This document shows, in pieces, positions 11,037 through 20,067 of a stretch of 64,000 nt of DNA. Each line of letters starts with the position of its first letter. The stretch's first letter is position 1. The notes under the pieces were generated by a model, which saw nothing but the letters and a program-made list of their open reading frames with translations, was not told where the DNA came from and ran no database searches. The stretch is from Steroidobacteraceae bacterium (lineage in GTDB: Bacteria > Pseudomonadota > Gammaproteobacteria > Steroidobacterales > Steroidobacteraceae), in NCBI GenBank assembly GCA_035644395.1, contig DASQOR010000088.1, forward strand, positions 17,606-81,605, read 5' to 3'. The position numbers were made by a program, and so were the translations under genes.

Positions 11037-11666
11037 CTAGTAACTCGTGGTCCGGGCCTCTGCGTAACGCACGGCCACCAGGGAATTCATGAGGTCGACC
11101 CGCTGACGCCAGAGCGGCTCGACGGTCGCCGCATCGGAGCTCGATGCCGCCCGCGCGCCAATCGCGAGATCGACCCACTCGATGCGGTCTTCGAGACCCG
11201 CGGTCGTCATCACCGTCGTCGCCCGGGCGACGCGCGGCTCCTCCGGCATCGCGGCCAGGAGCGATTCGAGCCGTCGCGATTCCTGCATCAGGGCGGCAAC
11301 GGAATTGCGACCCGAACCGGACTGCGGCACCTGTGCCTGGCCGCCACGGTTCTCGACCTGCAGGGTGGATCCGTCGAAGAGTGCAAGACCGACCGCGATC
11401 GCCATCACCGCGGCGAGCGTGCCGGCGACACGCCAGGTCGGGCGCGGCAAGGCCGAAGACGGCCGTCGGCCTTCGAGCCTTGCGCTGACTTCAGGCCATT
11501 GATCGCGGCCGGCCATATCGGGCGCCGTGCGCATGGCCGTTCGCAGGCGCTGGAGGCGTTCGAGCTCCGCACGGCAGGCCGCGCAGCCCGCGATGTGTTC
11601 GGCGAGCGCGCCCTGAGCCTCGGGCTCGTCGCGCAGGATCAAAAGCTCTGCGAGATCTGGGTGCAT
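11037..11666 (-). CDS. Anti-sigma factor (zf-HC2 type, single-pass membrane)
   Basis: 209 aa. Has the H-x3-C-x2-C motif (EHIAGCAACRAEL) near the N-terminus and one central TM (VAGTLAAVMAIAVGLALF). Overlaps the sigma gene end by 28 nt. Confidence 0.7.
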   Translation of the reverse strand: MHPDLAELLILRDEPEAQGALAEHIAGCAACRAELERLQRLRTAMRTAPDMAGRDQWPEVSARLEGRRPSSALPRPTWRVAGTLAAVMAIAVGLALFDGSTLQVENRGGQAQVPQSGSGRNSVAALMQESRRLESLLAAMPEEPRVARATTVMTTAGLEDRIEWVDLAIGARAASSSDAATVEPLWRQRVDLMNSLVAVRYAEARTTSY

Positions 11667-12238
11667 GACAGTTTCTCCGAATCGTTTTCGAGGAGCCGGC
11701 GCAGGCGCCGGTGTGCGCGCAACAGTTGCGACTTCGAGAAGCTCGCGGTGTGCCCGAACAGGCGACCGATCTCCTCGTGGGTCATCTCCTCGACATCGTG
11801 TAACCAGACGACGGCCCGCGCGGTCGCCGGCAAGCGCCGCATCGCGCGATCGAGCTTGCGACCTGCCGCGCCGTCGGAATATTCATCCGACCGGGCCAGC
11901 TCCTGCGGCACGTCCCAGCCGCCGGCCACCTGGTCAAGCCAGACAGCGCTTCGGTGCCAGGGCGAACGCAGGTGCATGAGGCACTTGCTCACGGCGATCG
12001 AGCGGATCCAGGCGCCGATCGCGCGGTGGTCGCGCAATTCCCCGAGCCGCTGCAGAACCTCGACAAAAGTGTCCTGGTGCAGGTCGTCGGCGACGCCGCG
12101 CCGGTTGATCAGCCGGTGCACGACGTTGCGGGCGGCCGGCGCGTAGCGACGGTAGATCTCCGCGAGCGCCTGGCGCTCCCCCGCCTGGGCGCGCTCGATG
12201 AGTGCCGGGTCCGTGTCGATTTGCGTGAGCCGTAGCAT
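11639..12238 (-). CDS. ECF (RpoE-like) RNA polymerase sigma-70 family factor
   Basis: ORF 11639..12370 trimmed to ATG 12238 (MLRLTQIDTDPALIERAQAGERQALAEIYRRY...). The longer version would run across the tRNA-Leu gene. Region 2 (DLHQDTFVEV) and the region 4 HTH (MTHEEIGRLFGHTASFSKSQLLRA) are present. Confidence 0.85.
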   Translation of the reverse strand: MLRLTQIDTDPALIERAQAGERQALAEIYRRYAPAARNVVHRLINRRGVADDLHQDTFVEVLQRLGELRDHRAIGAWIRSIAVSKCLMHLRSPWHRSAVWLDQVAGGWDVPQELARSDEYSDGAAGRKLDRAMRRLPATARAVVWLHDVEEMTHEEIGRLFGHTASFSKSQLLRAHRRLRRLLENDSEKLSCTQISQSF

Positions 12239-12311
12239 GTGTCGCTTATGGATGCGGACCCGTGCCAGAGGGTCGCAAGCAAAGGCTATACTGAAGCCCG
12301 CTTTCCGGCTG

Positions 12312-12398
12312 GCCCGTGTGGCGGAATTGGTAGACGCAGCAGACTCAAAATCTGCCGTCCGCAAGGACATGCCCGTTCGATTCGGGCCACGGGCACCA
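12312..12398 (+). tRNA. tRNA-Leu (anticodon CAA), class II with long variable arm, CCA encoded
   Basis: GCCCGTG acceptor stem pairs with CACGGGC, followed by ACCA. D-arm GGCGGAATTGGTAGACGC. Anticodon stem-loop GCAGA-CTCAAAA-TCTGC. Long variable arm. T-arm GCCCG-TTCGATT-CGGGC. Confidence 0.9.
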
Positions 12399-12436
12399 GC
12401 TCATTACCCAGGCCGCATCTGCGGGACGGACCACGA

Positions 12437-12997
12437 GTGAATTTCTGCAGCCACTGCGGACAGCCGGTCACGCTTCGGGTTCCGGACGGCGACAACCGCC
12501 CCCGGTCGGTCTGTACCGCCTGCGGGACCATCCACTACCGCAATCCCAAGATCGTCGTCGGTTGCGTGCCCGGGTGGCAGGGACGAATCCTCCTCTGCAA
12601 GCGCGCCATCGAACCGCGGCGGGGCTACTGGACGATTCCCGCGGGTTTTCTCGAGATCGGCGAGTCGCTGCACACCGGGGCTGCGCGCGAATCGCTCGAA
12701 GAGGCGCTGGCGCGCGTCGAAATCGGAACACTCCTCGCGGTGGTCAATGTCCTTTACGCCGAGCAGGTTCACATCAGCTTTCGGGCCCGGCTCGCCGCGC
12801 CGGACTTCGGCGTCGGGGAAGAGAGCCTTGAGGTGAAGCTGGTCACCGAGGAGGAAGTCCCGTGGCCGGAGATCGCCTTTGCCAGCGTCGACTTCGCGCT
12901 GCGCCGGTATTTCAGCGACCGGGCCGCCGGCCGCGAAAGTCCGCATTTCACCGAGATCGACCGCCGGCCGGCCCCCGTCCGGGACCCCATCGGCTGA
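12437..12997 (+). CDS. Nudix hydrolase with N-terminal zinc ribbon
   Basis: ORF 12239..12997 trimmed to GTG 12437, downstream of the tRNA. Contains CSHCG...CTACG (zinc ribbon) and the Nudix box [21 protein letters not shown]. Confidence 0.8.
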   Translation: MNFCSHCGQPVTLRVPDGDNRPRSVCTACGTIHYRNPKIVVGCVPGWQGRILLCKRAIEPRRGYWTIPAGFLEIGESLHTGAARESLEEALARVEIGTLLAVVNVLYAEQVHISFRARLAAPDFGVGEESLEVKLVTEEEVPWPEIAFASVDFALRRYFSDRAAGRESPHFTEIDRRPAPVRDPIG

Positions 12998-13092
12998 CCC
13001 GCAGCGCCGCCCGGGCCTGTGGCAGAATACGGTTCCCCCAGTATCGACCAAGTATCCAGCGAGCCCGTTCCGGACGTCTGCAGAGTGGAATC

Positions 13093-13416
13093 ATGACCTT
13101 CGTCGTCACCGAAAACTGTATCAAGTGCAAGTACATGGACTGCGTGGAGGTCTGCCCCGTCGACTGCTTCCACGAGGGCCCGAACTTCCTGGTCATCGAT
13201 CCGGACGAGTGCATCGACTGCACGCTCTGCGAGCCGGAGTGCCCGGTCGAGGCGATCTATTCCGAGGAAGAAATTCCGGCCGGCCAGGAGCAGTTCAAGG
13301 AATTGAACGCGGAGCTCTCCCGCCAATGGCCGGTGATCACCGAGATGGGCGAGGCGCCCGCCGATGCCAAGGAATGGGAAGGCAAGCCCGGCAAGCTGGC
13401 GCTCCTGGAGCGCTGA
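13093..13416 (+). CDS. fdxA: 7Fe ferredoxin (FdxA type)
   Basis: 107 aa from ATG 13093: [55 protein letters not shown], the canonical Azotobacter-type ferredoxin I pattern. Confidence 0.9.
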   Translation: MTFVVTENCIKCKYMDCVEVCPVDCFHEGPNFLVIDPDECIDCTLCEPECPVEAIYSEEEIPAGQEQFKELNAELSRQWPVITEMGEAPADAKEWEGKPGKLALLER

Positions 13417-13437
13417 CCGGCAACGGTCGCAATCGCC

Positions 13438-14199
13438 CTAGCGGGCTGCGAAAGCGGTATCCGAAGCCTTGATGTCTTCGAGGAGCTGCCTGGGCGGCTC
13501 GTAGCCGCCGATATAGCGGCCGCTGGATGTCACGATGCCCGGCGTCCCGTTGACGCCGAGCGCATTGCCCAGCGCGAATTCCCTCGCGACCGGATTCGCC
13601 GGGCAGGCCTTGCCGGCAACCGGCTGGCCTTGCTTCGCTCTCGTCAGCGCGTCGGGCCGGTTGGCCGAACACCAGACGGCTTCCGCTTTCGACCAGGATT
13701 CCGTGCCGGGACCGGTGCGCGGATAGGCGGCATAGCGCACCTTGATGCCGAGCTTGTTGATCTCGGCGATCTCGCTGTGGAGCTTGCGGCAATACTGGCA
13801 ATCGAGATCCGTGAACACGGTGATGGTGTACTTCGGATCCTTCGGCGAGAAGACGATCATGTCCTTCTCGGAAAGGCTCGCGAGCAGTTTCGCCCTCAGG
13901 CCTCCGCGACGCTCTTCGGTGAGATTGTTCTGGCCCGCGATCTCGTAGAGATCGCCGCCGAAATAGTACTTGCCGTCCGCCGACACATAGCCGACGTCCG
14001 CGCCCTTCGTGTACTCGAAGATGCCGGGCACCGGGGTCGGAGCAAAATCCTTGGGCTCGCTCCCCTGGATCTTCTTCGAGATCTCGACACGCGGGTCGGC
14101 CGCGGCTTTCTCGGGTTCCGCCGGCGCGCTGAACGCCGATCCCGTGAGCGCCAGCGAGCTGGCGATGAGCAGAAGGTTCAGGGCGCGTGAGGCGAACAT
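13438..14199 (-). CDS. dsbC: Thiol:disulfide interchange protein DsbC
   Basis: 253 aa. Signal peptide, CxxC active site (DLDCQYCRKLH), and the second Cys pair. Adjacent to xerD as in many Gammaproteobacteria. Confidence 0.85.
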   Translation of the reverse strand: MFASRALNLLLIASSLALTGSAFSAPAEPEKAAADPRVEISKKIQGSEPKDFAPTPVPGIFEYTKGADVGYVSADGKYYFGGDLYEIAGQNNLTEERRGGLRAKLLASLSEKDMIVFSPKDPKYTITVFTDLDCQYCRKLHSEIAEINKLGIKVRYAAYPRTGPGTESWSKAEAVWCSANRPDALTRAKQGQPVAGKACPANPVAREFALGNALGVNGTPGIVTSSGRYIGGYEPPRQLLEDIKASDTAFAAR

Positions 14200-14352
14200 C
14201 GCATGTGGCTCCAGGGTCCGGCGGGCTGCCCGTTCGACCGGATCCGCCGCGGTTGGTTCGAGGCCCGATGGCCCGAATCCGCCGGGCGCGGGCGGCAGGA
14301 GTCTAGCAGAGGGTGTCGTCCCGAGGCAGGCGAGCGCCTGCCGGCAGCCTGG

Positions 14353-15309
14353 TCAGCCGCGGGGATGATGCTGCGAATGCAGTTCCTTCATGCGTTCGCG
14401 GGCGACGTGCGTGTAGATCTGCGTGGTCGAGAGGTCGGAATGACCGAGCAGCATCTGCACGACTCGAAGGTCCGCACCGTGATTGAGCAGGTGCGTCGCG
14501 AAGGCATGACGGAGCGTGTGCGGCGAGAGATCCTTGTCGATCCCGGCCTTGCGCGCGTAGCGTTTGATGATGTGCCAGAAGGCCTGGCGGGTCATCTTGT
14601 CGCCGCGGCGCGTCGGGAAAAGAAAATCGGTCTGGCGCTCGAGCAGGATTTCGGAGCGTGGCCCGGCTATAAACTGTTGCAGCCAGCGTACGGATTCCTC
14701 ACCGAGCGGAATGAGCCGCTCGCGATTGCCCTTGCCGACGATGCGCAACACGCCCTGATTGAGATTGACCTGGTTGTGGCGCAGGTTCACGAGCTCGGTG
14801 ACCCTGAGCCCGGTCGCGTACAGCACTTCGAGCATCGTGCGATCGCGGTGACCGAGCGGATCGGTCACGAGCGGCGCGTTGAGGAGCGATTCAACCTCGC
14901 CCTCCGTGAGCGACTTCGGCAGCGATCGGCCGATCTTGGGCATGGCGATCTGGGTGGTCGGATCTTCCTTCAGGCCCGCGTCGCGGACGAGATAACGGAA
15001 GAAGCGGCGGAAACTCGAAAGCTGCCGGGCGGTCGAGCGCGGACGCGCGCCCTTCTCCACCCGCCAGGCGATGAATGCGAGGAGATCGTTGCGCGTCGTG
15101 CGCGCGATCGGGATCTGCTTTTCCGCGAGCCAGCGCGCGAGCGCGCTCAGGTCCGCCCGATAGGCGGCGAGCGTATTGGCCGACAGGCCACGCTCCATCC
15201 ACACGGCATCGAGGAACCGGCTGACGGTCGGGTCGGTATTTTCCGGCGCGCGCAGCTTGGCGGGATCACGCGTCCGGACGTGCAGGGAGCTTTTCACAGC
15301 TGAACTCAT
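14353..15309 (-). CDS. xerD: Site-specific tyrosine recombinase XerD
   Basis: ORF 14353..15426 trimmed to ATG 15309. Contains FLDAVWMERGLSANTLAAYRADL and C-terminal HTLRHAFATHLL...LLGHSDLSTTQIYTHV (catalytic R-H-R-Y). Confidence 0.9.
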   Translation of the reverse strand: MSSAVKSSLHVRTRDPAKLRAPENTDPTVSRFLDAVWMERGLSANTLAAYRADLSALARWLAEKQIPIARTTRNDLLAFIAWRVEKGARPRSTARQLSSFRRFFRYLVRDAGLKEDPTTQIAMPKIGRSLPKSLTEGEVESLLNAPLVTDPLGHRDRTMLEVLYATGLRVTELVNLRHNQVNLNQGVLRIVGKGNRERLIPLGEESVRWLQQFIAGPRSEILLERQTDFLFPTRRGDKMTRQAFWHIIKRYARKAGIDKDLSPHTLRHAFATHLLNHGADLRVVQMLLGHSDLSTTQIYTHVARERMKELHSQHHPRG

Positions 15310-15584
15310 GCGACTCCATTGGATCCGGCACGCAGGCGGAGCGCCGCGGGTACCGTCGGCGCCAGGGCGGACGCCCACCCGGGAATTCGGTGCGCCGTCC
15401 GGCCGTTCCGGGGGGCGCGCGTGCACATAAAACTTCGATCCAGCAAAATGCCGCGGCAGTATGCGTTTGGGGTACCCCCCCTTGCGTGACTAGTCTCACA
15501 GAACATTTGAGCTATTAACATAAAGAGAACCAGTTCACAGAACACAGCCTCCTGCGGCCGGCGCCGAACGCGATTCCGGCAGCC

Positions 15585-16301
15585 GTGAGAATCGCGCTGC
15601 AGCGTGTCTTCGGGGTTTACTGCTGGGTGGCCTTCTTCGCCATCGCCATCCTGACTCTGGTCCTGGTGCTGATCACGCCAGGCATGGGCGCGCGCCGCGC
15701 GACGGCGCGCGCCGCATCGTGGAGTTACCTGTGGGTCTCCGCGGTCCGCTGCCGGGTTCTAAACGAGGCGCGGCTGCCCGCGGGCCCCTGCATCGTCGTC
15801 GCCAATCACACGAGCTATATCGACGGCGTCGTGATGATGGCCGTGCTGCCGCCGCGCTTCAGCTTCGTCATCAAGAAAGAGATGAATACCGTGCCGCTCG
15901 CGAACTGGCTGCTGCGGCGCATCGGCTCGGAGTTCGTCGAACGTTACGACCGGCATAAGGGCGCGCTCGACGCCCGCCGGGTTCTGCGCGCGGCGGAACG
16001 CGGACAGGCTCTCGCCTTCTTTCCGGAGGGCACGTTTTCGCGCGAGCGGGGCCTGCTGCGCTTTCATAACGGCGCCTTCTCGACGGCGGCCCGGATGAAC
16101 TGGCCGCTGGTGCCGGCCGTGATCCGCGGTGCGCGAGAGGTCATGCCGGCTCATCGCGCAATGCCCGTCCCCGGATCGATCAGCGTCGATTTCATCGAAG
16201 TGCTGCAGCCCGGGGGTGCGGATCGTCATTCCGCCAACCGCCTGCGCGATCGCTGCCGCGCCGACATCCTCGCAGCACTCGGCGAACCCGATCTCGCCTG
16301 A
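15585..16301 (+). CDS. 1-acyl-sn-glycerol-3-phosphate acyltransferase family protein (PlsC-like)
   Basis: 238 aa with a GTG start. Carries the HX4D motif (VANHTSYIDG) and the FPEGT motif. Confidence 0.8.
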   Translation: MRIALQRVFGVYCWVAFFAIAILTLVLVLITPGMGARRATARAASWSYLWVSAVRCRVLNEARLPAGPCIVVANHTSYIDGVVMMAVLPPRFSFVIKKEMNTVPLANWLLRRIGSEFVERYDRHKGALDARRVLRAAERGQALAFFPEGTFSRERGLLRFHNGAFSTAARMNWPLVPAVIRGAREVMPAHRAMPVPGSISVDFIEVLQPGGADRHSANRLRDRCRADILAALGEPDLA

Positions 16302-16319
16302 AAACGGGGACTGCACCTG

Positions 16320-16398
16320 AAAAAGGGGACAGATTTATTTTCTCGCATTTCTGGTGCAGACACACAGATACTCGAGAAAATAAATCTGTCCCCTTTTT
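16320..16398. repeat. Type B GGGGACA long-hairpin repeat, copy 1; fills the convergent plsC-like/icmF junction
   Basis: AAAAAGGGGACAGATTTATTTTCTCG...CGAGAAAATAAATCTGTCCCCTTTTT. The terminal inverted repeat is a perfect 26 bp. Copies at 22830-22909 and 53272-53350. Confidence 0.85.
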
Positions 16399-16400
16399 CG

Positions 16401-19400
16401 CTACATGTTGCGGCGGTACTGGCCGCCGACTTCGTAGAGGGCGTGGCTGATGCTGCCGAGCGATGCCACCTTCACGGACTCCATCAATTCGCCGAAGACG
16501 TTGCCGCCGGCGGCGGCGACGCGCTGCAGCCGCTCGAGCGCGCTGCTCGCTTCGCCGCGATGCCGGTCGAGGAAGACCCGCACGTTGCGCACCTGGTCGC
16601 GCTTCTCCTCGTCCGTCGAGCGGATGAGTTCCGCGTTGCGCAGTTCTTCCGCCGACCGGTGCGCCGGCAGGAACATGTTCACACCGACGATCGGCAGCGT
16701 GCCGTCGTGCTTCTTCTGCTCGTAGTAGAGGCTCTCTTCCTGGATGCGGCCGCGCTGGTACATCGTCTCCATCGCGCCGAGCACGCCGCCGCGATCGGCG
16801 ATGTGCTCGAATTCCTGGTACACCGCTTCCTCGACGAGATCCGTCAGCTGTTCGATGGCGAACGACCCCTGCCAGGGGTTCTGCGTCTTGTTGAGGCCGA
16901 GCTCGCGGTTGATGACGAGCTGGATCGCCACCGCGCGGCGCACGGACTCTTCCGTCGGCGTCGTGATCGCTTCATCGTAGGCGTTGGTATGCAGTGAATT
17001 GCAGTTGTCGAAGAGCGCGTAGAGCGCCTGCAAGGTCGTGCGGATGTCGTTGAACTGGATTTCGCGCGCGTGCAGCGATCGCCCCGAGGTCTGGATGTGA
17101 TACTTCAACATCTGGCTGCGCGGACCCGCCACGTAGAGATCGCGCATCGCGCGCGCCCAGATGCGCCGCGCGACGCGCCCGATCACCGCGTACTCCGGAT
17201 CCATCCCGTTGGAGAAGAAGAAGCTCAGGTTCGGCGCAAAATCATCGATCCGCATGCCGCGCGCGAGGTAGTACTCGACGATCGTGAAGCCGTTCGCGAG
17301 CGTGAAAGCGAGCTGCGTCACCGGGTTCGCACCCGCTTCCGCGATGTGATACCCCGAGATCGAGACGGAATAGAAATTGCGCACGGCCTTGTCGATGAAG
17401 TACGCCTGCACGTCGCCCATCACGCGCAAGGCAAACTCGGTCGAGAAGATGCAGGTGTTCTGCGCCTGGTCCTCTTTGAGAATATCGGCCTGCACCGTGC
17501 CGCGCACGAGCGCAAGCGCCTCCGCCCGGATCTTCTCGTAGACGTCCCGCTCGACGAGCTGGTCCCCGGTGATGCCGAGCATCTTCAAGCCGAAGCCGTC
17601 GCTCCCCTCGGGAAGCTTGCCGCTGTAGGTCGGCCGCGGCCGGTCCTTGTAGAGCGCCGCGATCTTCTTCTGCGCTGCCGGCCATTGGCCCGACTCGATG
17701 AGATGACGCTCGATCCGCTGGTCGATCGCCGTATTCATGAACATCGCGAGGATCATCGGCGCCGGCCCGTTGATGGTCATCGAGACGGAGGTGGTGGGCG
17801 CGCACAGGTCGAAGCCCGAATAGAGCTTCTTCATGTCATCGAGCGTGGCGATCGAAACGCCGGAGTTGCCGATGCGCCCGTAGATATCCGGCCGCTCGTC
17901 GGGATCCTCGCCGTAGAGCGTCGTCGAATCGAATGCCGTCGACAGGCGCGTCGCTTCGTGACCGAGGGCGAGATAGTGAAAGCGGCGATTGGTGCGCTCG
18001 GGCGTGCCCTCGCCGGCGAACATGCGGATCGGGTCCTCTTCCTCGCGGCGATACGGATAGACGCCCGCCGTGTAGGGGAAGCCGCCCGGCAGGTTTTCCG
18101 CGAGCAGGAAGGCGAGCGTGTCGCCCCAGTCCCGGAAATGCGGCACGGCGATCTTCGGGATTTTCTGGCGGCTCAAGCTCGTCGTGTAGTTGTCGCCCGA
18201 GAGCTTCTGCCCGCGCACCTGGTAGACGTAGTGTTCGCCGGTCGCCGCCCGCGCGCGCGCCGGCCACTCTTTCAGGAGCGCGATGCCTCCGGCGCCGATG
18301 TCATCGAGCGCCGCGTTGTAGCTACTGCCGAGTGCCGCGACCGAAGCATCGGCCGGCGCGGCGGTGTAGCGTTCGAGTTCAGCGGGCAGGCCCGGCACCG
18401 CGAGTGCGCCGAGTGCGCGATAAAGACCGTGTGCGCGGCTCGCGGCTTCGGAGCGGTGCGCGACCGATTCACGCTGCGCCCGACCATCCTCCGCAATCTC
18501 CGCGAGATAGCGCACGCGCGCGCCGGGGATGACCGCGTGCCGGCGCGGGAGCTCCGTAACGGCACTCTCCGCGGTCGCCCAGCGATTGCCGGCGCCCGGC
18601 ATCGCGTTGATGCGGCGGCAGATCGCGCTGAAAAGGCGATTGACGCCCGCGTCGTTGAACTGGCTCGCGATCGTCGGGTAGACGGGAATCTCGCTGTCCG
18701 CGATCTTCATCTGCTGCGGATGATTGCGCCGCCACTGCTTGCGCACGTCGCGCAATGCGTCCTCGCCGCCGCGCTTCTCGAACTTGTTGAGCGCGATGAA
18801 GTCCGCGAAATCGAGCATGTCGATCTTCTCGAGCTGGCTCGCGGCGCCGTACTCGCTCGTCATCACGTAGAGCGTGACATCGGCGAGGTCGACGATTTCG
18901 CTGTCGCTCTGGCCGATGCCCGCGGTCTCGACGACGATGAGATCGAACTGGACGGCGCTGAGGAGCGTGAGCGTCTCGGCGAGAATGGCGCTCGTCGCGA
19001 GATTCTGCCGGCGCGTCGCGAGCGAGCGCATGAAGATGCGCGGGCTCGCGAGGCTGTTCATGCGGATGCGGTCACCGAGCAGCGCCCCGCCGCTGCGACG
19101 GCGCGTCGGATCCATGGCGACAACTGCGATGCGCCGCTCCGGGAACTGACGCAGCAGGCGATTCAGCAATTCATCCGTGAGGCTCGACTTGCCGGCGCCG
19201 CCCGTGCCCGTCACGCCGATCACGGGAACCGCGGGCGACGGCCGCGCAAGTTTCGCGCGCAGTTGCCCGAGATCTCCGGATTCGCCGCCCGCGCCTTCGA
19301 GGAGTGAAATCGCGCGACCGATCAACCGATCATCCGCTGCGGTGGCCGGCAGGCCCTCGACCGCGGGTTTCGGCCGCGAGCGGATGCGGCGGAGCACGTC

Positions 19401-19829
19401 CTCGATCATGCCGTCGAGGCCGAGGCGCATGCCGTCGTCCGGGCTGTAGATCTTTTCAACGCCGTACGCCTCGAGCGCCTCGATTTCGTCCGGTGCGATC
19501 GTGCCGCCGCCGCCGACGACGACTCGAATGTGCGCGGCATCCTGCTCGCGCAGCATGTCGATCATGTAGCGGAAATATTCGTTGTGGCCGCCCTGATAGG
19601 AACTGACCGCGATGCCGTCGGCGTCTTCCTGGATCGCCGCGCGCACGATGTCGGCGACGCTGCGGTTGTGGCCGAGGTGGATGACCTCCGCGCCGTGCGC
19701 CTGCAGGATGCGGCGGATGATATTGATCGCGGCGTCGTGGCCGTCGAAGAGCGACGCGGCGCTGATGAATCGCAGGGGCCCACTCGGGTCGGCTTCGTCC
19801 CTGGGCAGCCGTTCGGCAGCAGTGCTCAT
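16401..19829 (-). CDS. icmF: Fused isobutyryl-CoA mutase IcmF (B12 domain + MeaB-like GTPase + mutase domain)
   Basis: ORF 16401..19859 starts at TTG; the ATG at 19829 (MSTAAERL) is preferred. Has an N-terminal B12-binding domain ([34 protein letters not shown]), a G-protein P-loop ([17 protein letters not shown]) and a large C-terminal acyl-CoA mutase domain. Confidence 0.9.
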   Translation of the reverse strand: MSTAAERLPRDEADPSGPLRFISAASLFDGHDAAINIIRRILQAHGAEVIHLGHNRSVADIVRAAIQEDADGIAVSSYQGGHNEYFRYMIDMLREQDAAHIRVVVGGGGTIAPDEIEALEAYGVEKIYSPDDGMRLGLDGMIEDVLRRIRSRPKPAVEGLPATAADDRLIGRAISLLEGAGGESGDLGQLRAKLARPSPAVPVIGVTGTGGAGKSSLTDELLNRLLRQFPERRIAVVAMDPTRRRSGGALLGDRIRMNSLASPRIFMRSLATRRQNLATSAILAETLTLLSAVQFDLIVVETAGIGQSDSEIVDLADVTLYVMTSEYGAASQLEKIDMLDFADFIALNKFEKRGGEDALRDVRKQWRRNHPQQMKIADSEIPVYPTIASQFNDAGVNRLFSAICRRINAMPGAGNRWATAESAVTELPRRHAVIPGARVRYLAEIAEDGRAQRESVAHRSEAASRAHGLYRALGALAVPGLPAELERYTAAPADASVAALGSSYNAALDDIGAGGIALLKEWPARARAATGEHYVYQVRGQKLSGDNYTTSLSRQKIPKIAVPHFRDWGDTLAFLLAENLPGGFPYTAGVYPYRREEEDPIRMFAGEGTPERTNRRFHYLALGHEATRLSTAFDSTTLYGEDPDERPDIYGRIGNSGVSIATLDDMKKLYSGFDLCAPTTSVSMTINGPAPMILAMFMNTAIDQRIERHLIESGQWPAAQKKIAALYKDRPRPTYSGKLPEGSDGFGLKMLGITGDQLVERDVYEKIRAEALALVRGTVQADILKEDQAQNTCIFSTEFALRVMGDVQAYFIDKAVRNFYSVSISGYHIAEAGANPVTQLAFTLANGFTIVEYYLARGMRIDDFAPNLSFFFSNGMDPEYAVIGRVARRIWARAMRDLYVAGPRSQMLKYHIQTSGRSLHAREIQFNDIRTTLQALYALFDNCNSLHTNAYDEAITTPTEESVRRAVAIQLVINRELGLNKTQNPWQGSFAIEQLTDLVEEAVYQEFEHIADRGGVLGAMETMYQRGRIQEESLYYEQKKHDGTLPIVGVNMFLPAHRSAEELRNAELIRSTDEEKRDQVRNVRVFLDRHRGEASSALERLQRVAAAGGNVFGELMESVKVASLGSISHALYEVGGQYRRNM

Positions 19830-19877
19830 CGGTTGAACCCCGGTCAGGGTGCGTGGCAAGCGGCGCGAATCTTAGCA

Positions 19878-19963
19878 GGGAAATGGGGACATTCCTGATT
19901 TCGTGCCATCCTCGCCGATGTAGCGTATTTCGCGCCGCGAAATCAGGAATGTCCCCATTTCCC
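19878..19963. repeat. Type A GGGGACA hairpin repeat, copy 2; in the divergent icmF/thiolase promoter region
   Basis: GGGAAATGGGGACATTCCTGATTTCG - 34 nt - CGAAATCAGGAATGTCCCCATTTCCC. The arms are a perfect 26 bp. Confidence 0.8.
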
Positions 19964-20067
19964 CTATAATTCCGCACATGCACATGGATTGCAGACACCG
20001 ATAGGTTTCGTGCCCGTTTTTCCCATACCGGTATAATCCGCGCCCCGATTTTTCGGAGCAGCGAGCC

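Noticed and set aside
12287-12292. TATACT hexamer about 20 nt upstream of tRNA-Leu as its -10 element, plus assorted TATAAT-like hexamers elsewhere (30656, 19965, 20032).
   Set aside because: No convincing -35 partner lies at 16-18 bp spacing in any case. They are mentioned only as context in the findings and are not annotated as promoters.
12239-12436. N-terminal extension of the Nudix ORF (12239..12997) and of the ECF sigma ORF (up to 12370), both overlapping the tRNA-Leu gene.
   Set aside because: Both extensions run through a well-formed tRNA (12312-12398) and have no family-like sequence. Internal starts give normal-length proteins.
15510-15540. Possible dif (XerCD) site next to xerD. 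TATTAACATAA resembles the XerD-binding arm ATTTAACATAA.
   Set aside because: Only one arm matches. After a 6-bp spacer the expected XerC arm (TTATGCGCACC-like, with the inner TTATG) is absent (CCAGTTCACAG). It is a half-site resemblance only, and dif is not expected to be linked to xerD.
16320-16398. Interpreting the GGGGACA hairpin elements as CRISPR repeats, integron attC sites or a coding mini-gene.
   Set aside because: They occur as isolated single palindromes, not as repeat-spacer arrays. No cas or intI genes are present. They lack the attC R''/R' (RYYYAAC/GTTRRRY) boundaries. The flanking genes are core metabolism. Translations of the elements differ by frame and copy.
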